NCBI RefSeq assembly: GCF_036321535.1
Contig: NC_087436.1
Location: 90,212,001-90,276,000 of the forward strand
From: Camelus dromedarius
Lineage: Eukaryota
Direction of reading: 5' to 3'
Length of the DNA stretch: 64,000 nt
The number at the start of each line of letters is the position of its first letter. The stretch's first letter is position 1. Below are positions 25,766 to 38,282 of this stretch, in pieces. The position numbers and the translations under genes were made by a program. A model generated the notes under the pieces. That model was not told the origin of the DNA and did not search any database. It saw only the letters and a program-made list of their open reading frames with translations.

Positions 25766-25806
25766 ATGGAGGTACTCAAGATTGAACCCAGGACCTCCTG
25801 CATGCT
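25762..25806 (-). mobile_element. tRNA-Ala SINE fragment lacking its 5' half
   Basis: ttaatggaggtactcaagattgaacccaggacctcctgcatgcta matches the other two SINEs, then homology stops. Confidence 0.85.
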
Positions 25807-25809
25807 ATA

Positions 25810-26358
25810 ACATTGGAAATATGGAAAATACTACTACAGACATTCATGTGCAAGTTTTGTGTGGACATATGTTTTCATTTATTTTACATTTATACCTAGG
25901 AGTAGAATGCTTCAAAGGCTACGATGAAGAAAATGAAAAGACAATTCACAGAATGTGATAAAATATTTTCAAATCATATCTGATAAGGGCCTTGTATCTA
26001 GAATGTATAAATAACTCTTACAACTCAATAATAGAAGGACAAACAACCACATGTTTAAGTGGGCAAAGGAGATGAATAAGTATTTCTCTAAAAAGATATG
26101 TAAAATGGCCACTAAGCACATGAAAAGATGTTTAACATAGTTACTCATCAGGAAAATGTAAATCAAAACCATGAGATACCACATCACACACTAGAAGGGA
26201 TATAAGCAAAAAGTCATATGATAAACTTTATAGCAAGACTATGGTTAAATTGATCAGAAAACTCATACACTGCTGGTAGGACTGTAAAATGGTGCAACCA
26301 CTTTGGAAAATAGTCTGGCATTTCCTCACAGTTATATATAAACATAGAGTTACCATAT
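25810..26358. mobile_element. L1 ORF2 3' region with 5' inversion (minus 25810-25910, plus 25908-26358)
   Basis: Plus part runs cttcaaagg...aacatagagttaccatat. The minus part continues the same L1 sequence (attctactcctaggtata...aaaacatatgtccacacaaaac). Confidence 0.85.
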
Positions 26359-29300
26359 AATTATGTGTTTTACAGTTATTTTTAGCTCCCTCTGACATAC
26401 TAAACTCATGAATTATTTTCTAGGGACCTAAAGCTTTGTTAAGCTGTATCTTCAGGATAATCTGAAAAATATCTGTGTCAAGTTATGAGAAATGCTTTTC
26501 ATCTTGTAAAATGTGTTTTTCTAGCAATTAAATGAACTGGACCCTGAAGAATTCACTGGCCAGGCTAACCTCATTCCTGCATAAATTCTAATAGGAAAAA
26601 GTAATCAGACATAGATGTCTCAGCATTTGGGGGGAAACAGACCTGCAAGTGAATCAGAACTGAACTTGGTGGGAGCTGATTATAATAAAACAGACTCAAT
26701 TATGAGCCAAAATTACATTGAAAATTTCCATTGATTAATGAGGTTTTGCCAGTTAGTCGCATGTAGTCCATGCAATCTACCACTGATCCTTTCACAATAT
26801 AGTTCAGATCTTCTATAACCCAGTATCAGTCCTCATCATTCTTTAAGGCATCACAACAGTCAAATCCTGATTTTCCTTTCAGCCTCTGTTCTGTACTATT
26901 CATTCTCTCTAGTTCAGAGTGAATGTTCCTCACACGTCAATTTGCCTGCTAAATGTCCATACACTCAAATTAAAGCCTCTAATAAAACCCTTCAATAATC
27001 GAGGAGCTTTATCTTCATCTATCTCTATACTTTAACCATGCAAAGATAATTTGAACTTCATATATCACCCTTTAACTAATTGAAAATAATGCATACACCT
27101 TGTCTGCTTTCCATCATTCAAATTTTCATCTGAATCTTTCAAAGCAAGGCTTAACTAAATTTTTCATGTACTTAATCTGACAAAGATGGATAGTAGTGTG
27201 TCAAAGACTACTACTCAGCTAATCAGTGCATAAAAGTCCATGACCACTATATTTTCACTTAGGATTGCAACATTTATTAATATATAATGATCCTTCTTTC
27301 ATATGCCATGTTTTGCCTTAAATACTACTTCAATGGATGCTAAAATTATAATTCTGCTCCCTTTTGTTATGCTTACTTGATATCTACTTTTTTTCTTAGT
27401 TGCCAATGCTATAGCAACTTCTATTCACATTTTCTCTCGGTACTTATAAATATTTTAACTGGAATTTAAAAGAAAGTAAAACGGCTAGTGATTACTTGCC
27501 AAAGTCTGAACCCATGAAAATACCTTCATATGTGACATACTTTATTATGATGTTTTTAACTCCTATTTTTGTAACTCTCCACAAGTCTTTAGATTTTTAT
27601 ATAAAAATGTCAAATATACTACACACTTCTCTCCTTTATGGAGCATATAATTCTATCATAGCTTACCAAAGGAACAAAAAACACTTCTAACACTTGTCAG
27701 AAAATACAACTCAAGTTGCTTGCACTCTAGGACCTACCTAAAGCTTAGAGAGAACTTACACTTAGAGAAGGCTGCGTAAAGGTGGTAAAGAGTCCTCCTG
27801 TGCTTTCTTATTGTAAGGCAAATTCTTCAGCTAATGTGCATCACTGAACTCTGGCACAGAGCCTCATAGAATCATTTTATGGCAACCATATCTAATGTGA
27901 GATCCTGACTTTCTTTGATCAACACAAGGAATGGAAGCAAGAAAACTGATTTTAAAATTGACATAAAATTATTTCCAAATGTATAACCAATAAACAAGAA
28001 AACGTTCCCAATGACAATGAGAAAATTCATTTACAACCAAATTGTGTTAAAATTATGTCTCCCCAGAGATTACAGTTCTCTAATTAGAAATGCTTAATAT
28101 TCATTTTCCCTTTTTTTTTTTTTCTAGTTATAAGTAAGTTGATAGCCAAATTTTGTTTGGCCAGTGTGCTGCAGAAGGAATATGTGGGTAGTGAGTATTG
28201 AAAGTTCCCTAAACCAAGCTTAGTGAGAATCTTTGGACCTTTGATATTTGTTTACTTGATCTGGGAGCAAATGGAATTAAAATTTATCAGTTGAAAAAAA
28301 AAATTAAATATGTGAGCTGGAAGGCATGACAGATTAAAGCCATTAGAATATTTTTCAAAGGGAAATAAAATGAATATATAATATTATCTTGAGTCTGTAT
28401 TTTGAATTATGCAATAAAATATTTTTTTGCTTGCTCCTTCATTGTATCTCTATTGGAAAATAAAAGAAACTCTTTTCTTATAAATCTAAGTTAAAGGAGA
28501 AAATTGCAATTGTGTGTCATCCACGTCAGTTATCTTGGTGCAAAAGAGGGAGATAGGCCACCTTAAGATAAAGGAATACTGAGCATGCCTATCCACAAAG
28601 CTTTTTCTGTGTGTACCTTCTAATACATCATATGTTCTATTCTCTCAGAGCTTTAAACTCTCTGAAGGCCGGAGATCTTGTGAATAGAAAGGTAAGAAAC
28701 AAATTCTGGTAAAACATTATTACTTAAATTTATCCTATGTAGAACAAAATCTAACAGTTTTGAAATTTCCAGTCACTGACCCTCAAGAAAAATACTCATA
28801 ATTTACTGGCTAATGTTGAGTAACTTTGAAGTTTTCCTTTTTGTAAATAGATGGTTCTTTGTTAAAATGTAGTTTAATAGCATTATCTCTACTATGCTTT
28901 TTGTATTTGATTAACATTTAAAACATGAAGTATTTTTAAAAAGCTACTTGAAAATTCTAGAGGAAAATTTCTTTTTCCCATTAGATTGGAAGAGCCATCA
29001 TGGAATGTATTAGGTAATACTTGTACCTGTTAATGGTGAACAATAGGACAAGGTCATGAAACTAGGCACTGGCCAAATATGGAATATTACAGCACTTAAA
29101 TATATAAATATGTTAAATAAAACTAACTAACTACATACGTTAAATTAAAAGGGCATTGTGTCTAAGTAGTCATGTTTAATTGATAATATTTAGCAGTTTT
29201 TTTGTGATTTTTGTCTAGAACTTTAAAATATGGTCATAAAAAAGTATGAATCACCTATTTCTGGACAAGGCTAATCTAAACTAAAGAAAAGCTATGAGGA

Positions 29301-30369
29301 CTTATAATAAAAACTAATAAAACAATACTTCACATATCAGCTTTCAAAAAAGATGGTCTAGAATAATAAAGAAAATCCTAATATCATAAAAAGTGCTATT
29401 TTGTAGGAAGAATTAAAGTTAAAAAAGTATTGAGGAAATTTGGGATCCAGACAAGATGTCTATTATGAACAGGAGTGGAGAACAGCGATCTATCTTTGGT
29501 CAAGATTCATGTCTTTCACTTATTCCCAGGTATTTATTACAAAGATTAAATGATTTACACCTAATTTGTATATCACTTCATTCTCTCTATATAATTAAAT
29601 AACAGAAAAATTAAGATCAGACTTTAAGAAGAATATGACCAAAGACCAGCTAGCAGATAAACCATTAAAAAAAAAAACAAACAGCCAGAACATAACTGAA
29701 AAGTAAAATTCAAACACCCTGGTGATAGAGGATTGAGAAATAAAAGTGGAAATTCAGTCAAATTGGGACATACTGAATTGGCAGCAATAGGGATTTCAGT
29801 GATGAAACTCTTGAAACTGTGTTTTGAAATAGGATTTTAAATCACAGAAGTATTAATATATTAATACATAGTAATATATTATTAATGTAGTATATATTAA
29901 CATATTATGGGGATTATAATAATACAGCATTTCAAATGCCTCTGATTATTTATTAGAATGATTCTGATAATGCAAAACTTCAAGTGAAAAAACAGTAAAG
30001 GAAATTACAAAGGAGGATTTCCTTCAATATAGCATCTAGATCTACTAAAGAGAGAGATCCTAATTGTAATAATACAATTACAATACAATTTCAGGGAGAA
30101 TAATAAAATTCTCCCTGAAAATTCAAAGACATTGGCTTCTTACCTGCTCTCAAAGACACTGTTTTCTCCAAAGACCTTTAAATAGAAGACTGGCTACTCA
30201 GAAGAGATTGCCCATCAAGGTGCCCATATTTTGTTCAGTCTCTGTGATACTTGCTCAATCTGGAAAGAGAAAAAAAATGATGAATAACTGTTTATTGGTT
30301 TTACAATAAAACAGATATTCAAAACTACAAAAAGCCTATGAGTTAATTAATAAAGATGCCAATAATTTC

Positions 30370-31050
30370 ACTTTCAGGTCTGGGACAAGAAAATTTGTCA
30401 TCAAACTATCTACCATGAACAAATGGCTAAAGGAAATTCTTGAGACAGAAAGGAAAGGATAACAGAAGGAAACTTGAAACATCAAAGGAGATGAGAGCAC
30501 AATGTAAAAAGCTGAAATCCGAGTCAATGCAATAGATTCATGAGTTTTCTAAATTACGTTTGAAAATGGAAGTAAAAATTATAACATCATCTGATGTGGT
30601 TCTTGAGGATGTAGAGGAAATATACTAGACAATTACATTAAAATGGGAAAATCTAAAGGAACCTAAAGGAACATAAGTTTTCTACATTTCACTCAAAATA
30701 GTGAACATTACTTGCTTGTGATAAATTATACATGTATAATGAAATATCTAAAGCAATTACTAAAATGTTCTACAGAGATATACTCAGAAATATATAGATA
30801 AATCAAAATAATTTTGTTAAAGGTACAAATAACCTAAAGGAAAACAAACAAAGAAATGAAGAACACATGAAACAAACACCATAAAAAATAAAATGCCTAA
30901 CTCAAACTCTAATATATCAATAATTACATTAAGTGTATATGGTATAAATACACCAATTAAAAGAGATTGGCAGAGTGAATTTAAAAAAAAAACGTAATTC
31001 AATTATATGTTATGTACAGGTACAAGAAACTCACTTCAAATAATGATACA
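30370..31050 (+). mobile_element. Old L1 fragment (ORF1 end, inter-ORF, ORF2 start)
   Basis: aaatggctaaaggaaattctt...; ORF2 start atatcaataattacattaagtgtatatggtataaatacaccaattaaaaga...caagaaactcacttc. Confidence 0.8.
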
Positions 31051-31419
31051 AGTGATACTGATGCACCATCTAAATTTGTCAAGCTCAACAAATGTTAGAG
31101 GCATAGAAAAAACTTTTTATCTTGCTGGATGACAGTTGCATACCAGTTTATTATATTCCTATCATTTTTTGATTGCTTTTAAAACTGTACTACACATACA
31201 TAAGGAAAAACTATAAATATACACCTCTTAAGTATCTTAAATCACAATAACACCATTCTTATCTATTCTTTCTCATGGACACGGATAGGATTGTCCATCA
31301 TCTTGGTTAGCTTTGCCTTTTTTCCTCCCAAACTTAGACATTATCATTATTTCTATACAGTAAGAATTTCCTTATAATTACTAACATTAATTTCTTCTGA
31401 TTATTTATTGCATTTCTTT

Positions 31420-32180
31420 TTTTTTTTCAGGGATCATTTTCAATTTTCTCGATGTACAGCCTTTAAAAGTTATTTAGTGAAGTCCATTAATAGCAAATTT
31501 TGTTAGTTTCTTTTAGTATAAAATGTTATTTTTCACTTTTATTCTGAATTAGAATGAAACTGGGGGTAAAATTAACTATAATAATTTCATTCCCTCTTGA
31601 TGGTATTATTCTACTGTCTTCTAGCTTTCACTGTTGCTATTGGTAATTTTTGTATTGATTTGTTATTATTTATATGTAAAATGTCTATACACTCTAGATG
31701 TTTTAAGATATTTTTGATTTTATCATTCTATAGTTTTTATTATTATGTAGCTCATGATGGATCTCATTTTATTGATACTGCTTAGTGTTTATTAAAGTCT
31801 ATCATGATTTCTGGAAACAGTTTGCTTTAAATATTGCCTCTCACAATCTTTCTATTCTATTATTTTGGGACTCTTATTTCATATATATTAGACATTATTT
31901 CATCCTATGTTTTTTACCTTTTATTTTATTCTATCTCTGACTTTATGTCTTGAGTTCTGTGACGTCTTTAAGTGTAATTTACAGTTCATCAATTCTTTAT
32001 CTGTATCTGCATACTGCTGTTTAAAATATCAGTAGCTTTTTTCCTCTTATATTCTATAAGGCTTATAGTTTTCATTAATTAAAGTTCTATTTCCTTAACT
32101 ATGTCTTTTTCTAGTTTTTATTCCAATATTTATATTCTTTACAAAATATTATTTTAGACTCCTCACCCAATATTTCCAAT
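31420..32180 (-). mobile_element. Old L1/HAL1 ORF1 fragment
   Basis: tattattctactgtcttctagctttcactgttgctattg and aaatattgcctct...gggactcttatttcatatatattagac antisense ORF1 motifs. Confidence 0.65.
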
Positions 32181-32511
32181 ACTTCATTTTGAATCAGCTC
32201 TATTTCTAATTGAACAGATAGTACATTAGAACCCCAAACAGACTACACAAGTCCAACCTAAGGATCTCACTAATTTTAAATTGCTAACATCATAACAAAT
32301 ATCTATTTAACTTACTAAAAATTTTGAAAGTTAAATAAAATTTGCAATTCTTATGGCTACTTTATCATATTTTAAATAATTATTTATCCTATATTGATAG
32401 ATATAGTAACACTTCATAAAAAATCCCAATAGAGATAGAAAGTGGGACTTATCACTAAAAATTAATTAAATAATTGACGCAAGTTATTTACTATTTTAAC
32501 TACATATAGGA

Positions 32512-32555
32512 TGTGTGTGTGTGTGTGTTTGTATGTGGGTGTGTTCATGTGTGTT
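32512..32555. repeat. Imperfect (TG)n microsatellite
   Basis: Directly visible. Confidence 0.85.
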
Positions 32556-32559
32556 TTGA

Positions 32560-32900
32560 TAAGGGGTCCCTAAAGCCAGCCTACGTTTGATTTTTCGCTA
32601 GGAAACCTCATGAAACTCTGCATATATTCATATTCATAACTATGACATATGACAATGAAAGATACAAAGCAAAATCAGCAAAGGAAAAGGGCACATGGGC
32701 AAAATTCAGAGGCAACAGGTGCAAATTTTCAAGAGTTCTCTCCCAGTGGAGTCACACAGGATGTGCTTAATTCTTTCAGTAACCAGTGTGACAACACACA
32801 TAACATCTTGTCTGAGTGGGAAGCTCATTACAGACTCAGTGATCAGAGTTTTTGTTGGGGGTTATTCATATAGGCACCCTCTGCATAGCATGCACCATGA
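32560..32900 (-). mobile_element. ERVL LTR fragment (MER77/MER68/MER21 group)
   Basis: gatacaaagcaaaatcagcaaagg...ctctcccagtggagtcacacaggatgtgcttaattc...gggaagctcatta. Confidence 0.75.
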
Positions 32901-33694
32901 AATTTGAATCATACATGCATACATACATGTATACATATGTCTACATAAATCATATGTACATATATCCTCTTAAAACCGTTAAAGTGAAACAATTAAGTTC
33001 AAATTACGGCTGTGACGTCAAGACAAGTTTCTCAGTCTGTGAAATATATTATATTTCTTTAGACTTTAAATCTTATCATATGAAAATAATTTTTCATGAA
33101 AATAATCTTATATGTACATGTTTGTGAGTGTGCTTGCGAGTAAGTGTGCATTTTCTAATATTGTTCCCATAAAACTTGGGGTATCATACTTTACTCTATA
33201 TTTTCTTCTGATCCTCTGCACATTTTCCCACAGGTAACATATTTTTCATAGCAAAAGGATAACTGAAACTACCACAAAATATTAAAATATTTAGGTCGAG
33301 CTTTGTATTACGAACCCTGCCCCTTGCCATAGCATTATGTTTATTCAGCTTTTAGCAATTAGGTTTGAAGGGTGCATATGAACTCCTTGACTGAATGTTG
33401 GTCTTACCCCTGCTGACACTATCTGGCAGAACGTTTTATGTTTATGAGCATCTGGGCAAACTATACGCCTACTGTTTTTTTTATTCTTGTATATTGTGTT
33501 TGTGGTAAAGCACTTTTTAATACAGCTACCCTGTGGATAATGGGTATTAGACTACTTTTACTCTGTTTATTCTTTATCAGAAGGTTGGGCTCTGTTACTA
33601 ATGCAACATGAGTTTTTTAAAAGCATCTTGATTTAAATAGATTAATTTAAAATCCAGGTTGAAAAGCAGAGATCAGTACAAGATCTATTTAGAA

Positions 33695-34720
33695 ACAGCT
33701 TCTTTATTTCTACAAAAATCCTGCCAGAAATTTAAATGGAATTGTGTCTTATCTATAGGTTAATTTGAAGGAAACAGATATGTTTATAATGCTGGATGTT
33801 CTGATCTGTACACACAAGGTATTTCTCTGGTTATGCTGTTCTGATTTATTTCAGCAATTTGTAAGTTTTCAGTGCAGAGGTCTTGTAAATACTTTCATAA
33901 AATTATCTGACAAAGTGTTTCATGTTGTTGAATCCTTTTGTAAGGAGCACTTACTTTTAATTTCAATTTTTAAGTATACCTTGCTAGCATGCAGACATAC
34001 CATTGAGCTTTACATATTGATTTGGTATTCTGTTAACTTATAACCCCCCAATTAACTCATATATGCTTTTTATAAAGTCTGAGGGATTTTTATACATAAA
34101 CTATTCTGTAGTCTGTAAACAAAGACAGCTTTATACTCCTTTCTAATGTGTATGTGTTTTATTTATTTTTCTTGATTTAAAACACTGACTAGACTCTTAA
34201 TACAATATTAAATGGAACTGGTGAGAGCAAACACTGGTTTTAGAGAAAAAGCACTCTGTTTTTCAACATTAAGTATCATTTTAGCTGTAGGTACTTTGTA
34301 TATGTTCTTTATCAGGATGAAGTTTATTTCTATTCCTCATTTGTTGAGGTTTTTTTTTTTTTTTAATCATGAATGAGTGTTGAATTTTGTCAAATGTTCT
34401 TTTTTACATCTATTGTAATTATTCATTTTTATAATCTGTAATATGGTAAATTATATTGATTTGTTTTTCAGTATTAATCCAGCGTTTTGCATTTCTGGGA
34501 TAAAACTGATTTAATGATCATAAGTTATCCCTTTTATATATGTTGGCTTCAGTTTGCTAATGTTGCTAAGTATCTTGCTATCAACATTCATAGAGAATAA
34601 TGTTTTCTTATAATGTGTTAGTCTGTTTTTGGTTTCAGGTATTGGTAGTCATGTAAATGAGTTAGTGTTCCTTCACTTTCTATTTTGAAAATAACGTGTT
34701 TAGAATTAAAATTATTTTGT
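33695..34720 (-). mobile_element. Old L1 ORF2 (RT region) fragment
   Basis: tctataggttaatttg, aatcatgaatgagtgttgaattttgtcaaatg and tttgcatttctgggataaa antisense ORF2 motifs. Confidence 0.85.
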
Positions 34721-34769
34721 TCTGCCTCCTGATACTCCTTTAACTCTCATGGCAAATGCCTTTAGGCCA

Positions 34770-35060
34770 TTAACACCTGAAAATTCAGAAAAAAAATATA
34801 CTAAATGTTTAGACATTGTTTTTAGACATTAGACAATAGGATGTATACAATTGTGATCCCTGGAAAAAAAGAAACAAACAATTTGAGTCCTATTACTGCC
34901 TTAGTTTACCATCTGAAGATGGTGTTCAAGCCACAGCATAAAGATGAGGTAACCAAAACAGTGGCTCACTGTGTTGAGGAGAAAGTTTGTAGTTCAGTGA
35001 GTCAGAGACTGCAAGAATGCGGGGGGGTAGAATGCTGAAAAAGAGAAAACTATAAAGGTC
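34770..35060 (+). mobile_element. Old L1 5' region (L1MC4/L1MD/L1ME-like)
   Basis: agacattagacaatagg...gtgatccctgg...ctcactgtgttgaggaga resembles ancient L1 5' sequence. Confidence 0.55.
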
Positions 35061-35859
35061 TGACTTCCATTGCCTCCATAATTTTAAAGAGTTAGTACAA
35101 CTTAAGAGTGAGTGAGAAAATGATGAGGTAAATTTGGGCTTTTTTAATAATATTATTCTGAAGAAACCACTTGGGCAATTTTTTTTCTTTTATAAAAGCC
35201 TTGTATAAAAGTTTCAGAAAGAAAAATATGTGATGAATGTAATACAAAAAATATAAAGCATGTTTGTTTTAATATTATAATGTTTAATATTAAATATTAT
35301 AAAATATTATAAAATATTTAATATTAGATTCAATATGAATATATACATCTTTCATATCACAATTATTTAATATTAAAATTCCTATTATAGCTGAGAATCA
35401 CTGTAGCTACACAAATATTACAATGCTTGGTATCAAGAAACATCCTAGAAATCTAGATAATATTCTTATTCATTCCTTAGTTTTATCAGAAAATAAATCT
35501 GAATAGTTTTACAGCAAATTCGGAGAGACTTTTGTTTTGTTTTGGTAGCAACATTAAATGTGTAATTAGGCAAAAAATTAGGCAAAAAAAAAATAGTCTG
35601 TTACTCTGGGCTAACATTCAGCTATGAAATTTTAAGAATTTAGGAGGAAATAAATCAATCAAGTATTAACTGATCTAAAGTAACATTTTATTTATTTTTA
35701 ATAATGTGTTACTAGGATAAAAAATGGCTGTACTTGGAATTTCAAGGCAATTTGAATATTTTTCTCACACACTGATATTTTGAATCAGTAGCATTTTAGT
35801 CATATGCTTCTTATCTCTTATAACTTATGAAACAGTAGACAATTAAACACTGAAATGTT

Positions 35860-36020
35860 CTTTACCTCAGTTTTCTCACTAGTAAAAGATCTCATTATCT
35901 TCCTCATAGAATAATAAAAATTAATACATCACTATATGTATTAAAATCCTTAGGACAGTGCATAGTAAATTATAAGTGCTTAAAATATTAATTATTATTT
36001 TTATTTTTACCATTATTACC
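35860..36020 (+). mobile_element. MIR 3' half
   Basis: cctcagttttctcactagtaaaa...ttaggacagtgc...taagtgcttaaaatattaattattatt. Confidence 0.7.
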
Positions 36021-36856
36021 ATACTAATAATCATTGATACATAGTAGTGATTGTTTATAATAGAATAAACATTACTTGCAGTTACATGTCGTAACTGGCT
36101 TAAGATATCAAAGGCAGCTTTCCTTTACATTTGCCAATGTTTTCTATTATTTCTATAGCATAAGTTATTAAAGTCTACAGAGCTAAGAAGTGCATAAGGA
36201 TGATAGTGAAATACTCTATGTGTTCTAGCCTCAATCCTGTCATAACAATTAGATCAATTATAGGTAGTTAGGAGTTATCTATGGCTTTACGTCATCCTGG
36301 TCTGAAATCAAAAGGAAAACATTCTCTTTTGTTGGATTTACGTCCTAATATCATATTGCTGGATTTCTTTAATGACTTTCAGCTATGCTTTAATGATTCT
36401 TCATAGAATTTACAACTTAATTGCCCTAACCCTTACAAAATACTTCACAATTTTCAGGACATACTTTAAATTACAGAGTTTGGATAAACTACAAATAGAG
36501 ATTAATTTCTTAATTTGCTACTAAAAGCCATACACAATTTGCTGTAATTATAATTTCCAAATATATTACTTGCTGTTCTATGAAATGATATTTTGATTTT
36601 AACCAGGTTTTCCTACTCAGTGTCTACTAATACTGCATGCATATCTTCATTCCAAAATTCTTAATTTCCTATGCATAGAATTGACTGTATCTTATTTAAT
36701 TTCTTTTTTTCTTTAAGGCCTTCTCAACTCCTTTTTCTATAAGTTGATCCAGTTACCACAGGCTACAAAGTACTCCATCACTCTCCTAAACTCCCCCTTC
36801 CACAAACTCAACTATATTGCCTGTATAGGTGTTAACTGATGTACTACAGAATATGT

Positions 36857-36867
36857 TATATATATAA

Positions 36868-36898
<31 letters not shown>
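36857..36898. repeat. (TA)n plus (CA)n microsatellite
   Basis: Directly visible. Confidence 0.95.
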
Positions 36899-36900
<2 letters not shown>

Positions 36901-36966
36901 CTTATGGTTTTAAAATTGCAGAGTATATTCTGACATTCTGAAGTGTAAAAACACTATCAGAATTAT

Positions 36967-37290
36967 TGTCTTAGTCCGTTTGAGCTGCTGTAATTACTAT
37001 AGACTTATAAACAGAAATTTATTTCTCACAGTTTTGGAAGCTGGAAAGTCCAAAATCAAGGTGTCAGAAGATTTGGTGTCTAATAAGGAACCATTCTCTG
37101 GTTCATGGCTGTCTTCTTGCTCTGTCCCCATATGGCAGAAGGAGTAAGGGAACTCTCTGGGGCCACTTTTATAAGGGCACTAACTCATTCATGAGGACTC
37201 CACCTTCATGACCTAATCACCTTCCAAAGGCCCATTCTTCTCATACCATCACATTAGAAGTTAGGATTTCAACACATGAATTTGGGAGGA
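36967..37290 (-). mobile_element. MaLR LTR (MLT1A-like)
   Basis: tgtcttagtcc...gctgctgtaa...atttatttctcacagtt...aagtccaaaatcaaggtg...catgacctaatcacct...ttaggatttcaacacatgaatttggg. Confidence 0.9.
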
Positions 37291-37959
37291 TGATTCCCAG
37301 ACCCCTACTCCAGCATTCTGACCTTTCTCTGTTCTGATTGATTGGTGCCTACGACATGCATGCTATTAAGGATCGAGATCTCCAAGCAACGGGTATGTAT
37401 CACAGACAACTGAGTGACTGACTCTGCCACTTAATATTTAGATAATTGTTCATTTGCAAGTACCACAAACACCTCAGTATCAGGCACATTCCCACATTCA
37501 GTGTCCTAAATTCTTCCTGCAGAGTTTAAGATTTTTCAAAAGATCAGGATAGCTTGTTCACTAAACCCACTCAAAATTCTTTCTAATTGGCTACAACTTT
37601 AGTATCAATGTTCTCAGAATCTTTTGATTAGTTTATTTTTAATAACTAACTTTATTCCCTTTGGCATATTATAAGCCTTTACCACAATCCACAAGGCTCC
37701 AATCTCCCTTCTTCCATATTACAAAAAGATATATTCAAATCATGTTCATGTTATGATCAAGGTTACTAGTTAAATTGCATTCATTTCATTTGAAAATATT
37801 TAGTGTCTTCACTCAATGTTTCCTATTTCTACTTGTTTTAAAGGAAAAGTTAGCCTTTCTTCTTTATTAACTTTGACTTGTACCTAATCTTTCCAATCCC
37901 TAATCTTCACTTCCTTTGAACTTCTAATTGTTAGATCACTCTTGAAGATGTGGTTCGGG

Positions 37960-38085
37960 GCATAGATGAAATATGGTATACACTAATAGTTGTAGAGACT
38001 GGGCTATCAGGACACAGGTGTTTATTATACTACTATCTCTACTTTTATATGCTTAAAATATTCCATAAAATATATTTTTTAAAGA
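37960..38085 (+). mobile_element. Old L1 3' end
   Basis: ttattatactactatctctacttttatatgcttaaaatattccataaaa. Confidence 0.6.
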
Positions 38086-38241
38086 TCAAAAATACAGAAA
38101 GAAGTTGAAAAGTTGAAGATTCCGGTGGAACATTGCGATTAGAAGCCAGACTTCAAGAAACAGTGAGTGATTAAGAATTAGATTATATAGGTTTTCAAAA
38201 CATTATAAACTATTTGCAAACTATTTATCCAGATCTAGATT

Positions 38242-38282
38242 GATCTATCTATTATCTATCTACCTATCTATCTATCTATATC
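38242..38282. repeat. (TCTA)n microsatellite
   Basis: Directly visible. Confidence 0.85.

Noticed and set aside
29850..29910. 18-bp perfect palindrome GTATTAATATATTAATAC
   Set aside because: It lies in AT-only low-complexity sequence, where such symmetry is expected.
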